Shown here piece by piece: positions 12,011 to 25,887 of a stretch of DNA of 64,000 bases. Every line of letters begins with the position of its first letter. The stretch's first letter is position 1. The notes under the pieces are model-generated. The model was not told the DNA's origin. It was given only the letters and a program-made list of their open reading frames with translations, and did not search any database. The stretch covers positions 32,242,001-32,306,000 of the forward strand of contig CM052817.1 of the NCBI GenBank assembly GCA_028534125.1. Direction: 5' to 3'. This DNA comes from Lama glama (Eukaryota). A program made the position numbers and the translations under genes.

Positions 12011-14449
12011 GTTCCCAGATACAGTGTTTAAATGTTTTGATTAAAGATAGTACAAACACTCCTTAGCCAAAAAAGAAAAAAAAAACCAGTTTAAAATTTG
12101 CTACCATTATGTTGTGTATTTCTAAACATTGAGCTAATAATTGAGTGCTTACTGTGTGCCAGGAGCCAAGGAGAAGTGACTATTTCTACTGCCTCCAAGG
12201 CTACCACCCACTGAGTCCCTGAGTGTGTATCAGCCCTGGTTATCACTTTTTAAAATTGTCTTACACTAGAATCTTAGCTCCTTGGTGCCAGAACCTCGGG
12301 CCCAGAGTAGATGCCAGGAAAGTAGACATGGAAGGAAGAGTTCTCAGTTGGCCAAGAATCGTCAGGTCCTGAAACCTCATGTAAAGGTCAGATAATCCAA
12401 GAAGGACTGATAAAGACTTTAAGACTTTTAGAAGTTTAAAAAGCAAGAGAGGAAGGTGGACAAACAGGATTCCTAGAAAACAGGATCCAGGTACGCACAG
12501 TTTCAATTGGTGATGTAAGTGTTTCTTTCAACTATAATTTGGGCCAAAGCTAAGGATCAGACCAGGAAAATCCCTGTTCTTTCAGACATCCACAAAGACT
12601 GAGGGTGGACGGCGGATGGAGATAAAGGAAATGCTTACCCTAAACGGATGGAGAGGAGTGGGAGGTGACCCATATTAGGACCGGGACTTCTTAGCCTGGC
12701 CTATGGCAAATGGCAGAATGTCGGGGAGCACATTATCCACTAATAGAAAGTTGAAATAAAGTTCTCCTGCAATGCAACTGAAACAAGGTAGACTGGAGAG
12801 AGATTGAGTCACTAATGCCTGCTCAAGACAAAAACAACAAAAAAAACCTAGCTGAAGTGCACTGCAGACAGACCTGTGAGGGGAAGTTACAGGAAGATCA
12901 CTTTAAAGGAAAAGGCATTTTTAAAGATAGGTTTTTGAAATAATGGGACGAAGAGGAAAGTGAACCAGAAAATGAACCACATTACCCATAAAGAGAGGAT
13001 GATCACTGGGTCAAGCCCCAGGGCTACAGAAATGAGGAACAGAGCTACTTTTGGATGGAAATTTTTTTCAATTTGTTCGAACCTATAGGAAGGCAAAACC
13101 TGTCCCCCATGGTGCTCTGACATGAACTACATCATGTTGGAATGACTCATTTGAATCCTGATGTGATTTGAACCTGAACTTTTAGGCAGAAGATTAAGCT
13201 TTTATGATTCCTTTAGAAAAGAACTGCCTATGGAACTTTGTCATAGCTAGAAAGGAAAAAAGAAAAACCATCACGTGAGGAAATAATACATCAGGCTTTC
13301 TGGCTCTGTTTACTTGTAGGGCAGACGATAATCCAAAGTAAGGCATATTCACCACTTTTGGCACATGCAGCAGAAAATAGTTTGTTTTTACCCCCCTGAA
13401 TTTGTTCCGAACATTTCTCTTCGATTGCCATAACAAAAAACTAAAATCATTCCATGTATAAAAGTACTTGCTTAGGAATGATGGTGAGTGAGTAGCTGTG
13501 CTGAGAATGAGAACTGGGAACTGAAAAGCAAAAATTGACTATAGTAATTAAATGGAAATTTAAAAAAACATTTAAAATGTAAATCTCTTCTCCCAAAGAA
13601 ATGCATTCAGTCCTTTGAGAGAAATTCCTTTGCAATCACTGTGAAGAATCCTGGCTGTGAGAAAGCTAAAGAGGTTTGGTTTTTCCCTCTGACACTTTCC
13701 AGCAAAGACCTCAGAATTGCCTAAATTGGAATATCTGGAATTCTAACTGGGGTTCTCTAGATGGGTTAGGATAAAGGGGGCTGTGGCTGTCCTCCTTACT
13801 AGTGACCTCACTCGCCAAAGAGTTTGGGGCCAACTTTTAACATTGAAAGCCACTGCATTTTGCCTCTAACTTGCTTATTTTGGCTTCATGCCCTGTCATG
13901 GCTCCTACATATTGCATCTTGAGCGTAGGACTTGGACAAGGGTTATAATCCTGTCACATATACTCCCCAAATCACTGAATAAAATAGGTGCCTTTTAGCA
14001 ACCTATTGTGCATGTGTTAAAGTGTTCACAAACCCTTCCAAACCTTATTCCTTCTCCATTAAGGTTGATTTTCGGGTTCTCAGTATAATCATTGTCTTAA
14101 TATTAACTTTAATTGTATGTTTTCCTATGTGAAATTGGGAACATAAGCACTAACATTTATAAGCATGCAGAGAGGGGACTGGGGTAAATAGAAAATCAAC
14201 AGACTGAAGAATTAGGAAGGACCCCCGGATGGGAGGTCTTGTGCTGATTGGGTGTGAGTGGCCTCAGCCACTTATAAGTGGTAGACCAGAAAGACTGACT
14301 CAGTTGAAGCTGAGGATTCCTTTTGGAGATCTGGGCATTATAGGGACAGATGGGGGCTCAGCCTAGGACTCTCCTTAGGGAGGTTCAGCGAGGTACACAA
14401 AGATAGCGATAGAGGCAGCAGAGTGGTTGGACTTCAGGACTGAAGAGTT

Positions 14450-15047
14450 TGTGGTTGTCACCAAGAGATAACAATATAATTGGTGAAATGATACCAACAA
14501 AAGAAAGATACTGACAGAAGAAATATCCTTTAATGGTAAAGGATATAGAAGGTCCTGAGGCATCAAGGAAAGCAGGAGATGACAAAGTGTGTTCCCTGAT
14601 GAAGGAACTGCTTCCCAGCATCCCAGAGCCCACCATGGGGCTGTCTTCCACACTGCAAGGGTTCTGCCAGGCACAAGGTGCTCTCTTTGTCATCAACCCG
14701 AAATCTCTCTCTTAACCCTACCCTTTTGAGCTTTTAAGAAGGCGTCATAACATAGGCCTGATTGAGTTCAATCATCTATAGCCAATGATTTAACCCATCT
14801 CCAGCCCCTTCTCTTGAGATGGGGGTTGGGCTAGGACTGAAAGCTCCAAACCTCTAATCACAGAGCTGGTTCCCCTGGCAACCAGCCCCATCCTCAGGTT
14901 ACCTAGGGCTTTCTAAAAACCATCTCATTAACATAACAAAAGACGCCATAATTTCCAGTCACTTAGGGAAATTACAAGGATTTTAGTAGCTCGGTGCCAG
15001 GAACTGGGACGAAAAACAAATACTCTATTATAAATCACAGTATCACA
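14450..15047. mobile_element. MER21-like LTR
   Basis: 'ctccagcccc...ctgaaagctccaaacctctaatcac...gttcccctggcaaccagccccatcct...catctcatt...gtgccaggaac...tatcaca'. Left boundary approximate. Confidence 0.65.
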
Positions 15048-17799
15048 CATAGGTACTGACACAAGGCTGTCACTGATCAACAGAGAAGTTTAACAAGTTC
15101 TAGCAGCTCCATGTTCCTGTGGTTAGGGAATATCCACTTCTCCCTCCTTTCTTGAATTTGGAGTATTCTCAGGATCAAGGGTAGGAAGGAGATGCTGATG
15201 GAATGAAGGACTGAAGGAAGCAGGAGGGACTGTAAGGCACAGGAGGAGGTCTAGGGGAGGGACCAGTTTTCCCCTGAGAGAAGCAGAAGCCAGAAGATGT
15301 TTGTAACTGGGTAGGAGGTAGTTAAGGGCTCTCCCCTTATGACCTTGATTTTCTTGAGACTGATTCAAAGATTTCTGCTGAGAGAGAGAAAGAAGAGGTG
15401 GGAGGTTCAAGGAGAGGTGAAAGTTTGGAAGAGCCCCTGAGGAGAATGGGAACAGATGATTAAGGAATAGATCTCATTGCCCTGAGAGAAATAAAACATA
15501 AAAATAAGACCTGGCTACGTAACTGTGGCACAGCCAGAAGTGATGGATCCAGGACCTCAACATTAGATTCAGGTGACGTGGCTGGCCAGCTCCAGCCCCA
15601 GCCTAAATTGGTATAAAAAGCAGGATTTGAGCTTTGGGCTCATCTCCCTCTGCCGACTGCTGAGACCACCCACCTCCAGACATGCCTTTTGAGAACTAAG
15701 GGAGACCTAGTAAAGCCATGTCCCCTGGCTTGACTTTGAATGCTTGCACGTACTTTGCATTGTTTTCTAGGTGAAGGGATGGCGAACCAAAGTGGAAGTT
15801 TCCCTAGCTGAGCTGAGCTGCCATTCCTTCCAGTCTTCACACCCAGACTAGCCCTGTGGTCAGCCCTGTCCCTGTCGAATGGTCAACAGACTTGGGCACA
15901 ATGATCTCATGTGTAAGAACGTAGCAGGGAAAGACCAAGGCATGAGAAACTTCCTAAATTACTGGAGTGGGGTCGTCCAGCCAGTGGCTTTCTGTGGCTT
16001 TTGAGCTGCAGGCACCATGGAGGGTGCCATCTGTGTGATTATCTCAGGGCATTGGAGGGGATCAGCCAGTGGATTAAAAAGGAAAGGTGTGGCAAAGGGG
16101 TGTTTTGTGCCTCAGAATTACGACACCAGGAATACCAGACTAGTCCTGACTAATTTAGAACAAACATCAGAGGAGGTCAAATTTTTCCAAAGTAGAGAGT
16201 GAGATATTAAGGTAGAAGGACAATTAATGATCACTTAGGTAAAGAAGATTCATCCAGGGATGTTCCAGTGGGTCATTGCCTGCCTGGCATATAGGAAATC
16301 TTGAAGGGTGTTCTGGAGGATGGAAGTATAGACCAAGAATAGAATCTAACTAGGCAGGAGACACTCCAGTGGGGAGCAATCTAAAAAGGGAACTGATGGT
16401 GAGTGGGAGGAAACTGAAGAATGGGTCTGGTGGCTTTACCCCAGGACTATGACATCATCATTGGCATGTCAGCACATTTAATAGAGAAAAGAGGAAGCAG
16501 AGGTTGACCTTGTTCATCATTATCCAGCCCTACACTATCCAAACAGCTCATCCAGTTGGTCTCCAAAGCTTGGACCCAAGTGGTCCTAATATCAGGTCCA
16601 TCAGAAAACTATACCTCTCTCAAGGTGTTAGAAAAGTGGAGGGGTTGGAAAACCTTTTCTGAGGGTTTTTTTCAATATGAGAAGTCAAATGATAGCTGGG
16701 TAATCCCTGTCACTTTCAAAATGTGTATCCTATTTGGTGAGAAAGCTGAAAAGATACATTGCATAAGAGCCAGATTATCTGGGACCCACTGGGTCATTGT
16801 GACTGTGGGAGACCAGCCAGCATGCGCTGTGGACATATTAGGAAACAAGGGGAGGGGTGACAGTCTCTTCCCTTCTGTGAAGACCCATGTCATAATGGTG
16901 GATAGGGTTGACTCAAAACTTCTCCCTTTACCCCAACTCTCCCATTAGTTTAATGCTTTGTCATTACCCATATGCCAGGCAGAGTGGAGTAAATCACAGC
17001 CCTCATCAAAAACAAAAGTGGTGGTTGGGGTAGAGGAGGACATAGATATCACGCTAGATAACACTTTTCCATATTCATGAGTTGCTCAGCCTGAACTGGG
17101 GGTGTCTCTTCGAGACAATGGGGCAAGAGCATAAAGTGTACCCTATTGGCTTATGTTTTTGAAAAGCTCTTGAGAAAAACCATCAGGTGCAACAGCTAAT
17201 GTAAAAGTTAGCTACAAGATTTTTCATACTATGGAGGGAACAAAGGTCCTGGGAAGTAAGACTAATTTATTCTAAAATGAGAACATTCTTGGGAAGTATG
17301 CGGATAACGTGTGAACTTGGGCTTCCTGCAGTGGCTAAGGTGTCCTGGACAACCTCCTGCTCATCCAGGGAGATGAGCCTCGTACTCGAGACACATCTTT
17401 TTCCCTTCTGGCCATTGTCAATTCTGAAAGTGAAAGCAGAGGTTGAGGGACTCAGAAGACCTTTTCAAGGTCTCACTGGGATGAGGGTGACAACATTAGA
17501 GTTCAGAGTCTGCCAAGGAGGATGGGCTCTGGTAAACCCCCAGACTTCTGGTCAGGACCCTGAGAAGCGACGGGGTCTGTGAGTAAGAATGAGCTCGAAG
17601 TAGACCAGTACTCACAGGATTAAAGCTCAGTTCCAAATCAGTTCAGTCCCTCATGAGATTAGGGTAATTGCCTGAATCTAACTGCCTGACGGAACTAGAA
17701 TTAAATTATCTCTGGAAATATATATCATCTGTGAGTGATATGCTTCATGAAGTAAAATTCTATTCACTCATGAAAAAAAAGAATTCAAATTGAAAGCAA

Positions 17800-18380
17800 A
17801 GAGATGTGATTTACCTTAAGCTAACAGACGAAGAAAATAACACAAAATCTAGATGCTGACATGAATGTTTTCCTACAAGGTATGAGAATCTTTGGTTTCT
17901 TCTGAGTCTTACTTCTAAGCATGATCTTGCTGCCTTTTTTGAACATGTGAGATCACACATCTCCAGCCATGGCTGAGTGGACCTGGGGTACACACCTGTC
18001 CTGACAGGTACCTATCCACAGACTCGGCTGAGTCTTTCATAGTCTCTTCCTCAGGAATTTGAACTAAGATATATGGAAATAGGAGGAAATAGGTGAATAT
18101 AGGTGAGTATGAGATCTATAATGTCACGCAGATTTGGTGTAAGTTGACATCTTACATCGTTTACATGTCAGCAAGTCAGATGTAAAAGCTGATGAGCAGA
18201 GAGTAGCAATAAGAAGCAGGTATGAGATGTGTAGTTCCCAGAGAGATGGATGGGGCAGTTTTGGTCCCCACAGTTCCAGGTCCACAACCCATTTTCCCAG
18301 CTCTTTGTTCTGCCTTTTGATGTCCATTTTTGGATATCTATAAGACTACTGAAGCCTTGAAATAAAACTTTCTTTTATTA
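17800..18380 (+). mobile_element. Old ERVL-class LTR remnant (LTR33/LTR41-like)
   Basis: 'ccagccatggctgagtggacctggggtacacacctg...ttcctcaggaatttgaact' and a 3' AATAAA near 18361. Confidence 0.4.
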
Positions 18381-20796
18381 GTTAAAAAATAGTATACAGA
18401 ACCTCATACTATGTCTAAATTTCTTGTACATAGTGTCAGCAATCATTAAAAAAAAAAAACAGGCCTACAAAATGACAAGTTTTTTTTAAGGGGAAGAAAA
18501 TCAATAGAAAAAAAGCTCACAGGAAATTCAGATATTAGGGTTATCTGACATGGAATCTAAAAAACTATAAATGAATATTTATGAGACAGAATTTCAGCAG
18601 AGAACTGGAAACTATAAAAAAGAATCAAAAGGAAATTCTAGAACTGGCAAACTCAATTAGATGAAATTAACAACTCGGTGGATTGGATTTAACAGGAGAT
18701 TAATCACTACATAGAATTAGTGACTGGAAGATACGGCAGAAAAAATTGAAAGCACAGAGAAACTTAAAAAAAAATGTAGAAAATATAGAGACAAGTCAAG
18801 AGATTTATGGCACAGTAAGAAGGTCTAAAATACACATAATTTAAGTCCTGGAAAAAGAGGAGACAGAAAGTATAAGAAGCAATATTTAAAGAAATAATGT
18901 TCAAGAACTTCCCAAAACTAATGAAAGGCAACAAGCCCCAACTAAAGAGTTCACGAACACCCAAGCAGGACAAATAGAAAGAAACCAAACGAGTAAAACA
19001 TACAAATAAAACTTCTGAAAAAAACAAAGACAGAAAATCTTAAAAAGCAACCACACCTACAGGTAGCAACTATAAATTACTACAGAGAAATTAAAAATAA
19101 ACGACAACCAAAAGGCACTGGAGAGTAAGCAGAAATAGGCGGAGTCTGAAGGGAAATTGACACCTGGGTTAAGATAGTGGCACAGAAAAAGGTATCAATT
19201 TATTATAGGGTATGCCCAATTTAACCTAGGGTACGCCCCAGTCTGTACCACATAGGGTGAGTAAAACTTTGACAGAAACCCTGCAGTCTTCCAAATAACC
19301 AGAGGACAGACTTCAGGGCAATGACGACCCCTGGAAAGTGAGGGAGGAATCCCAGAAGCTGAGCCAGAGAGAAGGCTCAAATTCTAAGTCTAAACTCTCC
19401 CTAACTCTTCAACAAATCCCTGAACGATGCGTGCGCAGGGCAGTCTGCAAGATAAAACTGCTGAAATGAATTTTGAGTTGCCACACAGTCAACAGAGTGC
19501 CATTTGAATGGAAGCAAGTTAATCAACACTTTTTGGAGGCACTTAACAGAACTCAGAGTTTCCACAACAAAACTGTCACAATATCCAGGACACAGCCCCA
19601 AATTACTTATGAATAATCGGGAAAACATAACTGAATCTCAAAAGAAAAGACTATAAGCAGAGACTGGTCCTGAGATGATCCGGATGTTAGAATTAGTAGG
19701 CAAGAAATTTAAATTGGATACTATAACTCACTCAACATAAAACAAAATATGATCATAATAAGGGAAAGGACAAGAAGTCTTTGCGAAATTGGAGTATCTT
19801 ATAAATATGACCAAATGGGAATTCCAGGACTAAAAAATACAATACCAAAATAAAAAGTTCACAGGAAAAAGATTCAGTATAAATGATGCTAAATCAATGG
19901 ACATTAATCCACTATGAAGAACAAGGGGAAAAAGACTGAAAAACAAATAGAAGCTCAGGCATCTACAGGACAATGGCAAAGATTTCACCTACATATAACG
20001 AGTTTCAGAAGGGAAGAAGAGGAAGAACGAGGGGAAAATAATAGACCTCAAGGCTAGCGTTTCCCCAAATCTGGTGAAACACATACTTATATAGATTTGA
20101 GAAGCTCAGGAAACCCAAAGCAAGATAAATATGAATAAAACCATGTCTAGGCACATCACAGCCAAACTGCCGAAAACCAAAGATAAAGAAAAAATTACAA
20201 AAGCACCCAGAGTAAAAGACAATCTGTTATCTATACGGGAACAACCACTTCAGTAACCACTGCTTCTCAAACACCATGCGCTTGAACACAAACCTTTGAT
20301 GTGCTAAAACTGAAAATGAGCTTGTTAACCCAGAATTTTTACATCCAGTGAAAATATCCTTCAAGAATAAAGACAAAATAAAGACACTTTTAGATAGCTG
20401 AAAAATCAAGAGAATATATTCCCAGCAGTTTTGCAGTGCAAGAAACGTTCAAGGAGATTCTTCAGGCTGAATTGAAATCTTATTAGCTACAAATAGTAAA
20501 GAATATAGGACGAGTTAATAAAAGGGAGGCAATGGAGTAAGCCAAAATAATTAAAATGAGAATAAGAGATATAAAATGAACACCAAACATGTAATGCAAG
20601 TATAATACAAATAGTAAGATGGTTCATGTAAATCCAGATATATCAATAATTAGAGTCATCACAAATGGCTGAATTACCCCACTTAAAAGACAAGGATCTT
20701 CAGGACAACAACAACAATACAGGCTGCCTGTGAAAGACAAATCTTTAAAAATTGCAAAATATTTAAATGATAGGGTAGATAACACAGGTCACTGCA

Positions 20797-20942
20797 GGGG
20801 GGAGGGCATAGCTCAGTGGTAGAGCGTATGCTTAGCATGCATGAGATCCTGGGTTCAATCCCCAGCACCTCCTTAAAATAAATAAATAAACAAACCTAGC
20901 CACCTCCCCCCCAAAAAAACCAACCAAAAAACAAAACCAAAA
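20797..20942 (+). mobile_element. tRNA-derived SINE (camelid vic-1-like) with TSD
   Basis: A box TAGCTCAGTGGTAGAGC, B box GGTTCAATCC, 'aaataaacaaacctag' tail. Flanked by acacaggtcactgca / agataggtcactgta. Confidence 0.9.
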
Positions 20943-21700
20943 AGATAGGTCACTGTAAACATTAACAAAGAAAAGGCCGGTAAAGCAATTCTAACATGAA
21001 ACAAAGTAGATTTCCAGGTAATTAAAGATAAGGAGGGACATTTCTAAATGGTAAAATGTTCAGTCCATCAAGCAAATACGACAATTCTAAGGTTTTATCA
21101 CATCTCTCTCACTGACAGAACAAGCAGACAAAATAGATATTAAGGATATTCAGTGTTTGAGCAACACAACGATCAACCTTGACTTAATTGACTTACATAG
21201 CACGCTGCTTTCAACAACGTCAGAACAGGCAATTTTTTCAAGTGTACACAGAACAATACCCAAACCATATACTGGTTCAAAAAGCAAACCTCGACAGATG
21301 TCTAACAAGGCACCTGTGTGTCTTGCTTAATAAGAAGTGAGTAACAGAAACATCTTCCTACAAAACAAAATGAAGCAAAACCTCGAGCCTGGATGACCCC
21401 ACCAGTGAATTCTTCCGAGCATTTAAGGAAAAGATAACAGTAACCTTTTGAATCTTGTTTTAGAATGTCAGTGTAAGTGTAACCTAAGAACACTACTGGG
21501 AAGAATACTGTTGGTCAGTTTTTGTGGCACATGTGCCACATCCTTAACAAAATATTAACTTGAATTTGATAAGATTATCAAATTGGGTTTATTCCAGGAG
21601 TGAAAAGTTAAACTTCTGAAAAATCAATCCAGTCTATTGTATTTACAATATAAAAGGAAAAATCATAGTCATCTTAATAGTTTAAAAAAAGATTTCACAA

Positions 21701-21861
21701 GGACCTACTTTTTAGCACAGGGAACTATATTCAGTATCTTGTAATAACCTGTAATGGAAAAGAATCTGAAAAAGAATAGCTAATGTATAACTGAATCACT
21801 TTGTTGAAAGTAACACATCATTGTAAATCAACTACACTTCAATAGAAAATAAATTTTAAAA
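21701..21861 (+). mobile_element. 5'-truncated cetartiodactyl-type L1 3' end with TSD
   Basis: 'agcacagggaactatattcagtatcttgtaataacc...ctgaatcacttt...gtaaatcaactacacttcaata'. Flanked by aaaagattt(ct)cacaag. Confidence 0.8.
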
Positions 21862-22409
21862 AGATTTCTCACAAGCCTCTGAGATTCATTAATTAAGCAT
21901 CTGATGGCTTATACAATTAATCATCTGAGAAGTACAAATTAGAATCCCAGTGAGAGAATTTTACTCAAACCCTAGAGTGACTGAAATGAAAAATAAAATA
22001 ACTGGCAATACCCAGTTTTAGTGAGGATACGGAACAACCGAAATTCTTATCCATGGCTGAGTCAGTACACTGTGGTACAAATACCACGGAAAATCATTTT
22101 TTGTTATCTACTAAGTTTGAATGTACATATTCCCTGTGATTCATCATTTCCGCCCAGCTATATACGCATCAGAAACACTCACGTATGTGTGCCAAATGAC
22201 GCTGAAACAAAAATTCAGAGTAAAATACGCCTCCATGCAACAGCATAGGTGATCGTTACAATTCGAACACTAAATGAATGAAACAAGACGTAAGTCACTC
22301 TCTGTAATTCCCTTTACATGAGGTTCAAAACCAAAACCAAAATTTGTAGCGTTAGGAGTCAGGACAGTGGTTACCTGTGAGGAAGAGGGAAAGATTCATC
22401 ATTTGGAGA

Positions 22410-23830
22410 TGTTATCAACGCAAGGTTCGTGCGCCCAACGCAGAGTGAGGCCAAACAAACTGAAACGTCGGAGTTCGGAGCAGAGAAAGGTTTATTGCTG
22501 GGCCAAATGAAGAGAACGTGTGGCGCATGCCCCCAAAAAACCCCAAACTCCCGGAAGGGTTTCAGCTGAGCATCTTTAAAGGTCAGCTGAGGGAGGGACG
22601 TGCATCATTCTCTGATTGGTTGATGGATTGTGGTTGATGGTGATCAATCCTTAGGCACCAGAAGGTCTGGGGGCTACACGCTCATGATCATCAAGTGGTT
22701 AATTTCTTCCATTTGGTGGTGGTTTTTAGTATCTGAAAAGCACAGGAACTATGTATGAGATACTATTATCTGGGTACTTCAGAGAGGAGCTGCAGCAGAG
22801 GATATGGGGGAGGAGTTTGTCCCAGGTCCTGCTGGGTTTCGATTCCCCACTTTTCTTAGCTATTCCTCAATCTTGAGCAGAACAGGTGTTGGACAAGAAG
22901 GAGGATAATGTTTTGGATAGAGAGGTTAATCATAAACTTGGCAGGGGAACTTGGTTTCAATCTCCAATCCTATTTCACCTCTTCCGATATCTTTCAGGGA
23001 ACGGGGTGACAACCACTCTGGCTGCTTCCTACTGAAACAGGCCATAGTCCTACCTCGACTTGGGGAATGGACACCGAGTCAGAAATAGTCCAAGTCCTGG
23101 ATCAGAGTCTCATATGATTAAGATCGCATTCCCTGAGGTATTCAGGAGAGTAAGCCTGAAAATCAGTCTGGACCTGGCACTCTGGGGGAGACTTACAGCC
23201 AGGTAGCCAGTTGTCCACTTTTATCCAAGTAGGTTTTAACTTTTGATGTGGTATTAAACATATACGTAACAGGAGCTGATGGCTACTGCATGTTTCCTTT
23301 TTCTGCTAACATATGAACTAAAGCAACTTTATTGTTTAAAAATTTAATAGCTACAAGAGGAGGCCTTGAGGTCATAAGGTTGCAGCTGCCATTGGCCAGC
23401 AGATGCTGCTTTCAGAATGGCTGGTGGCATTCTGAGGATGACGTGGCTCATGAAATTCGAGTTCTCAGCAATACAGGAATATGCTTGAAATCACGTCCAA
23501 AACGGCCACCTACTTTTCCCTTGGATGTCTGAACCACAGCTACCCCATTCTGACTTCTGAATGCATTCCCCTCCTCTAGGCCAAAGCAGATGTACAATGC
23601 GTGTCCAAAAGACCACAAAACAGGCCACTTTGGTCAGTAAAGTTTAAGTTAAACCATGTATGAGCCAGAGTGACTTCCCCACAACTCAATACGTGCAGGT
23701 TTTTCCATCATTTCCCCTTTTGATTGTAAATCTTTCAGTAGAAAGCACTTGATGATCAAAATCTTTGTCCCTTGAAGCTGGGGTGGTGCTCCTGCCCCAG
23801 GTTTAGATCATGTCCCGCAGTGCTGGGCCT
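22410..23830 (-). mobile_element. ERV1-class remnant: 3' LTR (~22410-22841) plus adjacent internal sequence
   Basis: Minus-strand AATAAA at ~22491-22496 and element end at ...AACA. Polypurine tract AAGAAAAGTGGGGAA directly precedes the LTR. Many CpGs are retained. Confidence 0.7.
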
Positions 23831-24324
23831 CCTTTATATTTGCTTAGATATTCACATTGGGGGGAAATGAATCACAGTGTATGCGGTACGTGAAGCATCC
23901 AATTAGATTCCCTAGGTCCTCACAGTGGGGCCACAGAGCAGCCAGGAACCTCAAAGACCAGACGATGATATGATTGAGGAAAATCCTTTATGGGGTAGAG
24001 GCTTTGAAGAGGCTCAGCTAACAAACATCCTGCAGGACTCTCCGGCTCTGCTGACTGGGAGTCGCGAGCCAGCCATTCAGGTGTGGAAAGTCTGCTGCTG
24101 AAATGATAGCTCAGAGTGTCTGGGGACTGCTTTCTATGACCCAGGCCCCACTCTGCAGGCAGTGATTTTCTTAGTCCTCACTGTAACTTTATTATTCTCA
24201 TTAAACACATGAACATATCAGAGGCACACTGGGTAACGATTTTCCACTTAAGAGTAAAGAGGCAGGATTTGAACCCAGATGATCTGGCCTCTTTTCTTAA
24301 AAAACTTTATTGTTATTATTGTTA

Positions 24325-24447
24325 TTTTTTTTTTTTGGTAGGGGGGTAAGTAATTAGGTTTACTTACTTTTACAGGCGGTACTGGGGATTGAACCCAGGA
24401 CCTCACACATGCTAAGCATGTGCTCTACCACTGAGCTGTACCCTCCC
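24325..24447 (-). mobile_element. tRNA-derived SINE (vic-1-like)
   Basis: Reverse complement reads GGGAGGGTACAGCTCAGTGGTAGAGCAC...GGTTCAATCCCCAG...AAACCTAATTAC, then poly(A). Confidence 0.9.
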
Positions 24448-25684
24448 TGCAGAGAGCCCTTCCTCCTAATTTCCATCCACACAGCTCCTCCAGGCTAATC
24501 AGCAGCTTTACAGGCTGCTCTCACACACATCCTCAGTAATGGGATGGAGGGAACACAGTTTTTTTATGTGCTGGAAGAATGTTTTTCCTGCCCAAAGAAA
24601 ATACTAAATTTTTTTCTCCGTTGGCTGTGGTTAGGAGCTCATCTGCATGGAAAACCCTTGCTTTGGCAGCTTTGCAAGAGAAAACTCTTCCTCCCACCTA
24701 GCAAAGGGGGAGGCTTGGAATTCAGGGAGGCTGCTGACCAACTAGAAACTTCTGACCTCAGGAGAACTTGGCTGTGCTCTCTCCCCATCTCCGGAAGCAG
24801 TAGGAACCCTTTCTTTGCAAAGCGTTGTTCTGTTCAGGACCCTGTCAGGTTCAACCCCTAATTCTTCAGGAAGAGGGGAGATTATAGACTATGTATCATT
24901 TTGTAACATCAGACTTTCCTCAGTGGGTCACCGTTCAGTTTTCCGTTTTTTGTTTTTTGTTTTTTTGTTTTTTTGGTTAGAGCTTCTGGTTTTTATTTAT
25001 CTCTTTATTTGAAGATACATGAAATTTTATGAATTTTTTTTTGTTGCTCTGATAAGCAACTAGGCCAGTGTGGGAACCAGCAATCCAGATTTTGACACTT
25101 TCCTGCCTCCTTTAAGCTGGTAACAACATTTGCATTTCCAGAGTTTCACCTTTTGGCTTGATCTGACTTCATCTTAGAGTAACTAAAAGCTAGTTACTTC
25201 TTCAAATGAAGTTCTAAGCAACTAAGTGTCTAAGGAATTCACTCACAGCTAAAATATTACACATGGTGTCCTTATGACTCTTTTCTTTCTATAAATGTAT
25301 TTCTGGAAGTGCTTGCTTAAAGAAAGTGACTTAAGAGAAGACAAGACAAGGAAACCCTGACATGGCTCAGATTGCGTAGGGGTGCTGGGCTGTCTGGGAA
25401 CTCTGATTCCAACCCAGGTAACTGTTGGGTGTCAGGAGATGGTAAAGTGCTTACTGGAATGAAGCTTGATTGAAGCCAGTGTGGATTGTGACCGCTGCCA
25501 TGTTTCTGCTTGTCTGGGCAGCAACCTCGCCATGTGAGACCTACTAGCACGGCTCATCTCACCCAACTTAATTATATGAATACTAATTTTAAGATCCTCT
25601 TGGATGCGGACTTGGTGCCAAGAGCAACTCAAATTTTTTTAGTTATCTAATAGGTTAACGAGAGGCATAAAAATGACAAGAAAG

Positions 25685-25704
25685 AGACAGACAGACAGAC
25701 AGAC

Positions 25705-25743
<39 letters not shown>

Positions 25744-25843
25744 GAAAGAAAGGAAGAAAGGAAGAAAGGAAGAAGGAAAGAAAGAAAGAAGGAAAGAAGG
25801 AAAGAAAGAGAAAGGAAGAAAGGAAGGAAGAAAGGAAGAAGGA

Positions 25844-25887
<44 letters not shown>

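Larger units (their letters stand above)
18470..22400 (+). mobile_element. Composite of ancient L1M fragments (two ORF1 remnants, ORF2 and 3'UTR pieces) interrupted by younger insertions
   Basis: ORF1-like A-rich blocks at ~18500-19050 and ~19650-20460 ('cccagaatttttacatccagtgaaaatatccttcaagaataaag'). EN-like text at ~20640-21290 and 3'UTR-like text at ~21900-22400. Confidence 0.75.

Noticed and set aside
20803..20872. tRNA gene-like sequences (also 24380-24447 and 51309-51380)
   Set aside because: These are SINE heads with tails and, in two cases, TSDs; there is no proper acceptor stem.
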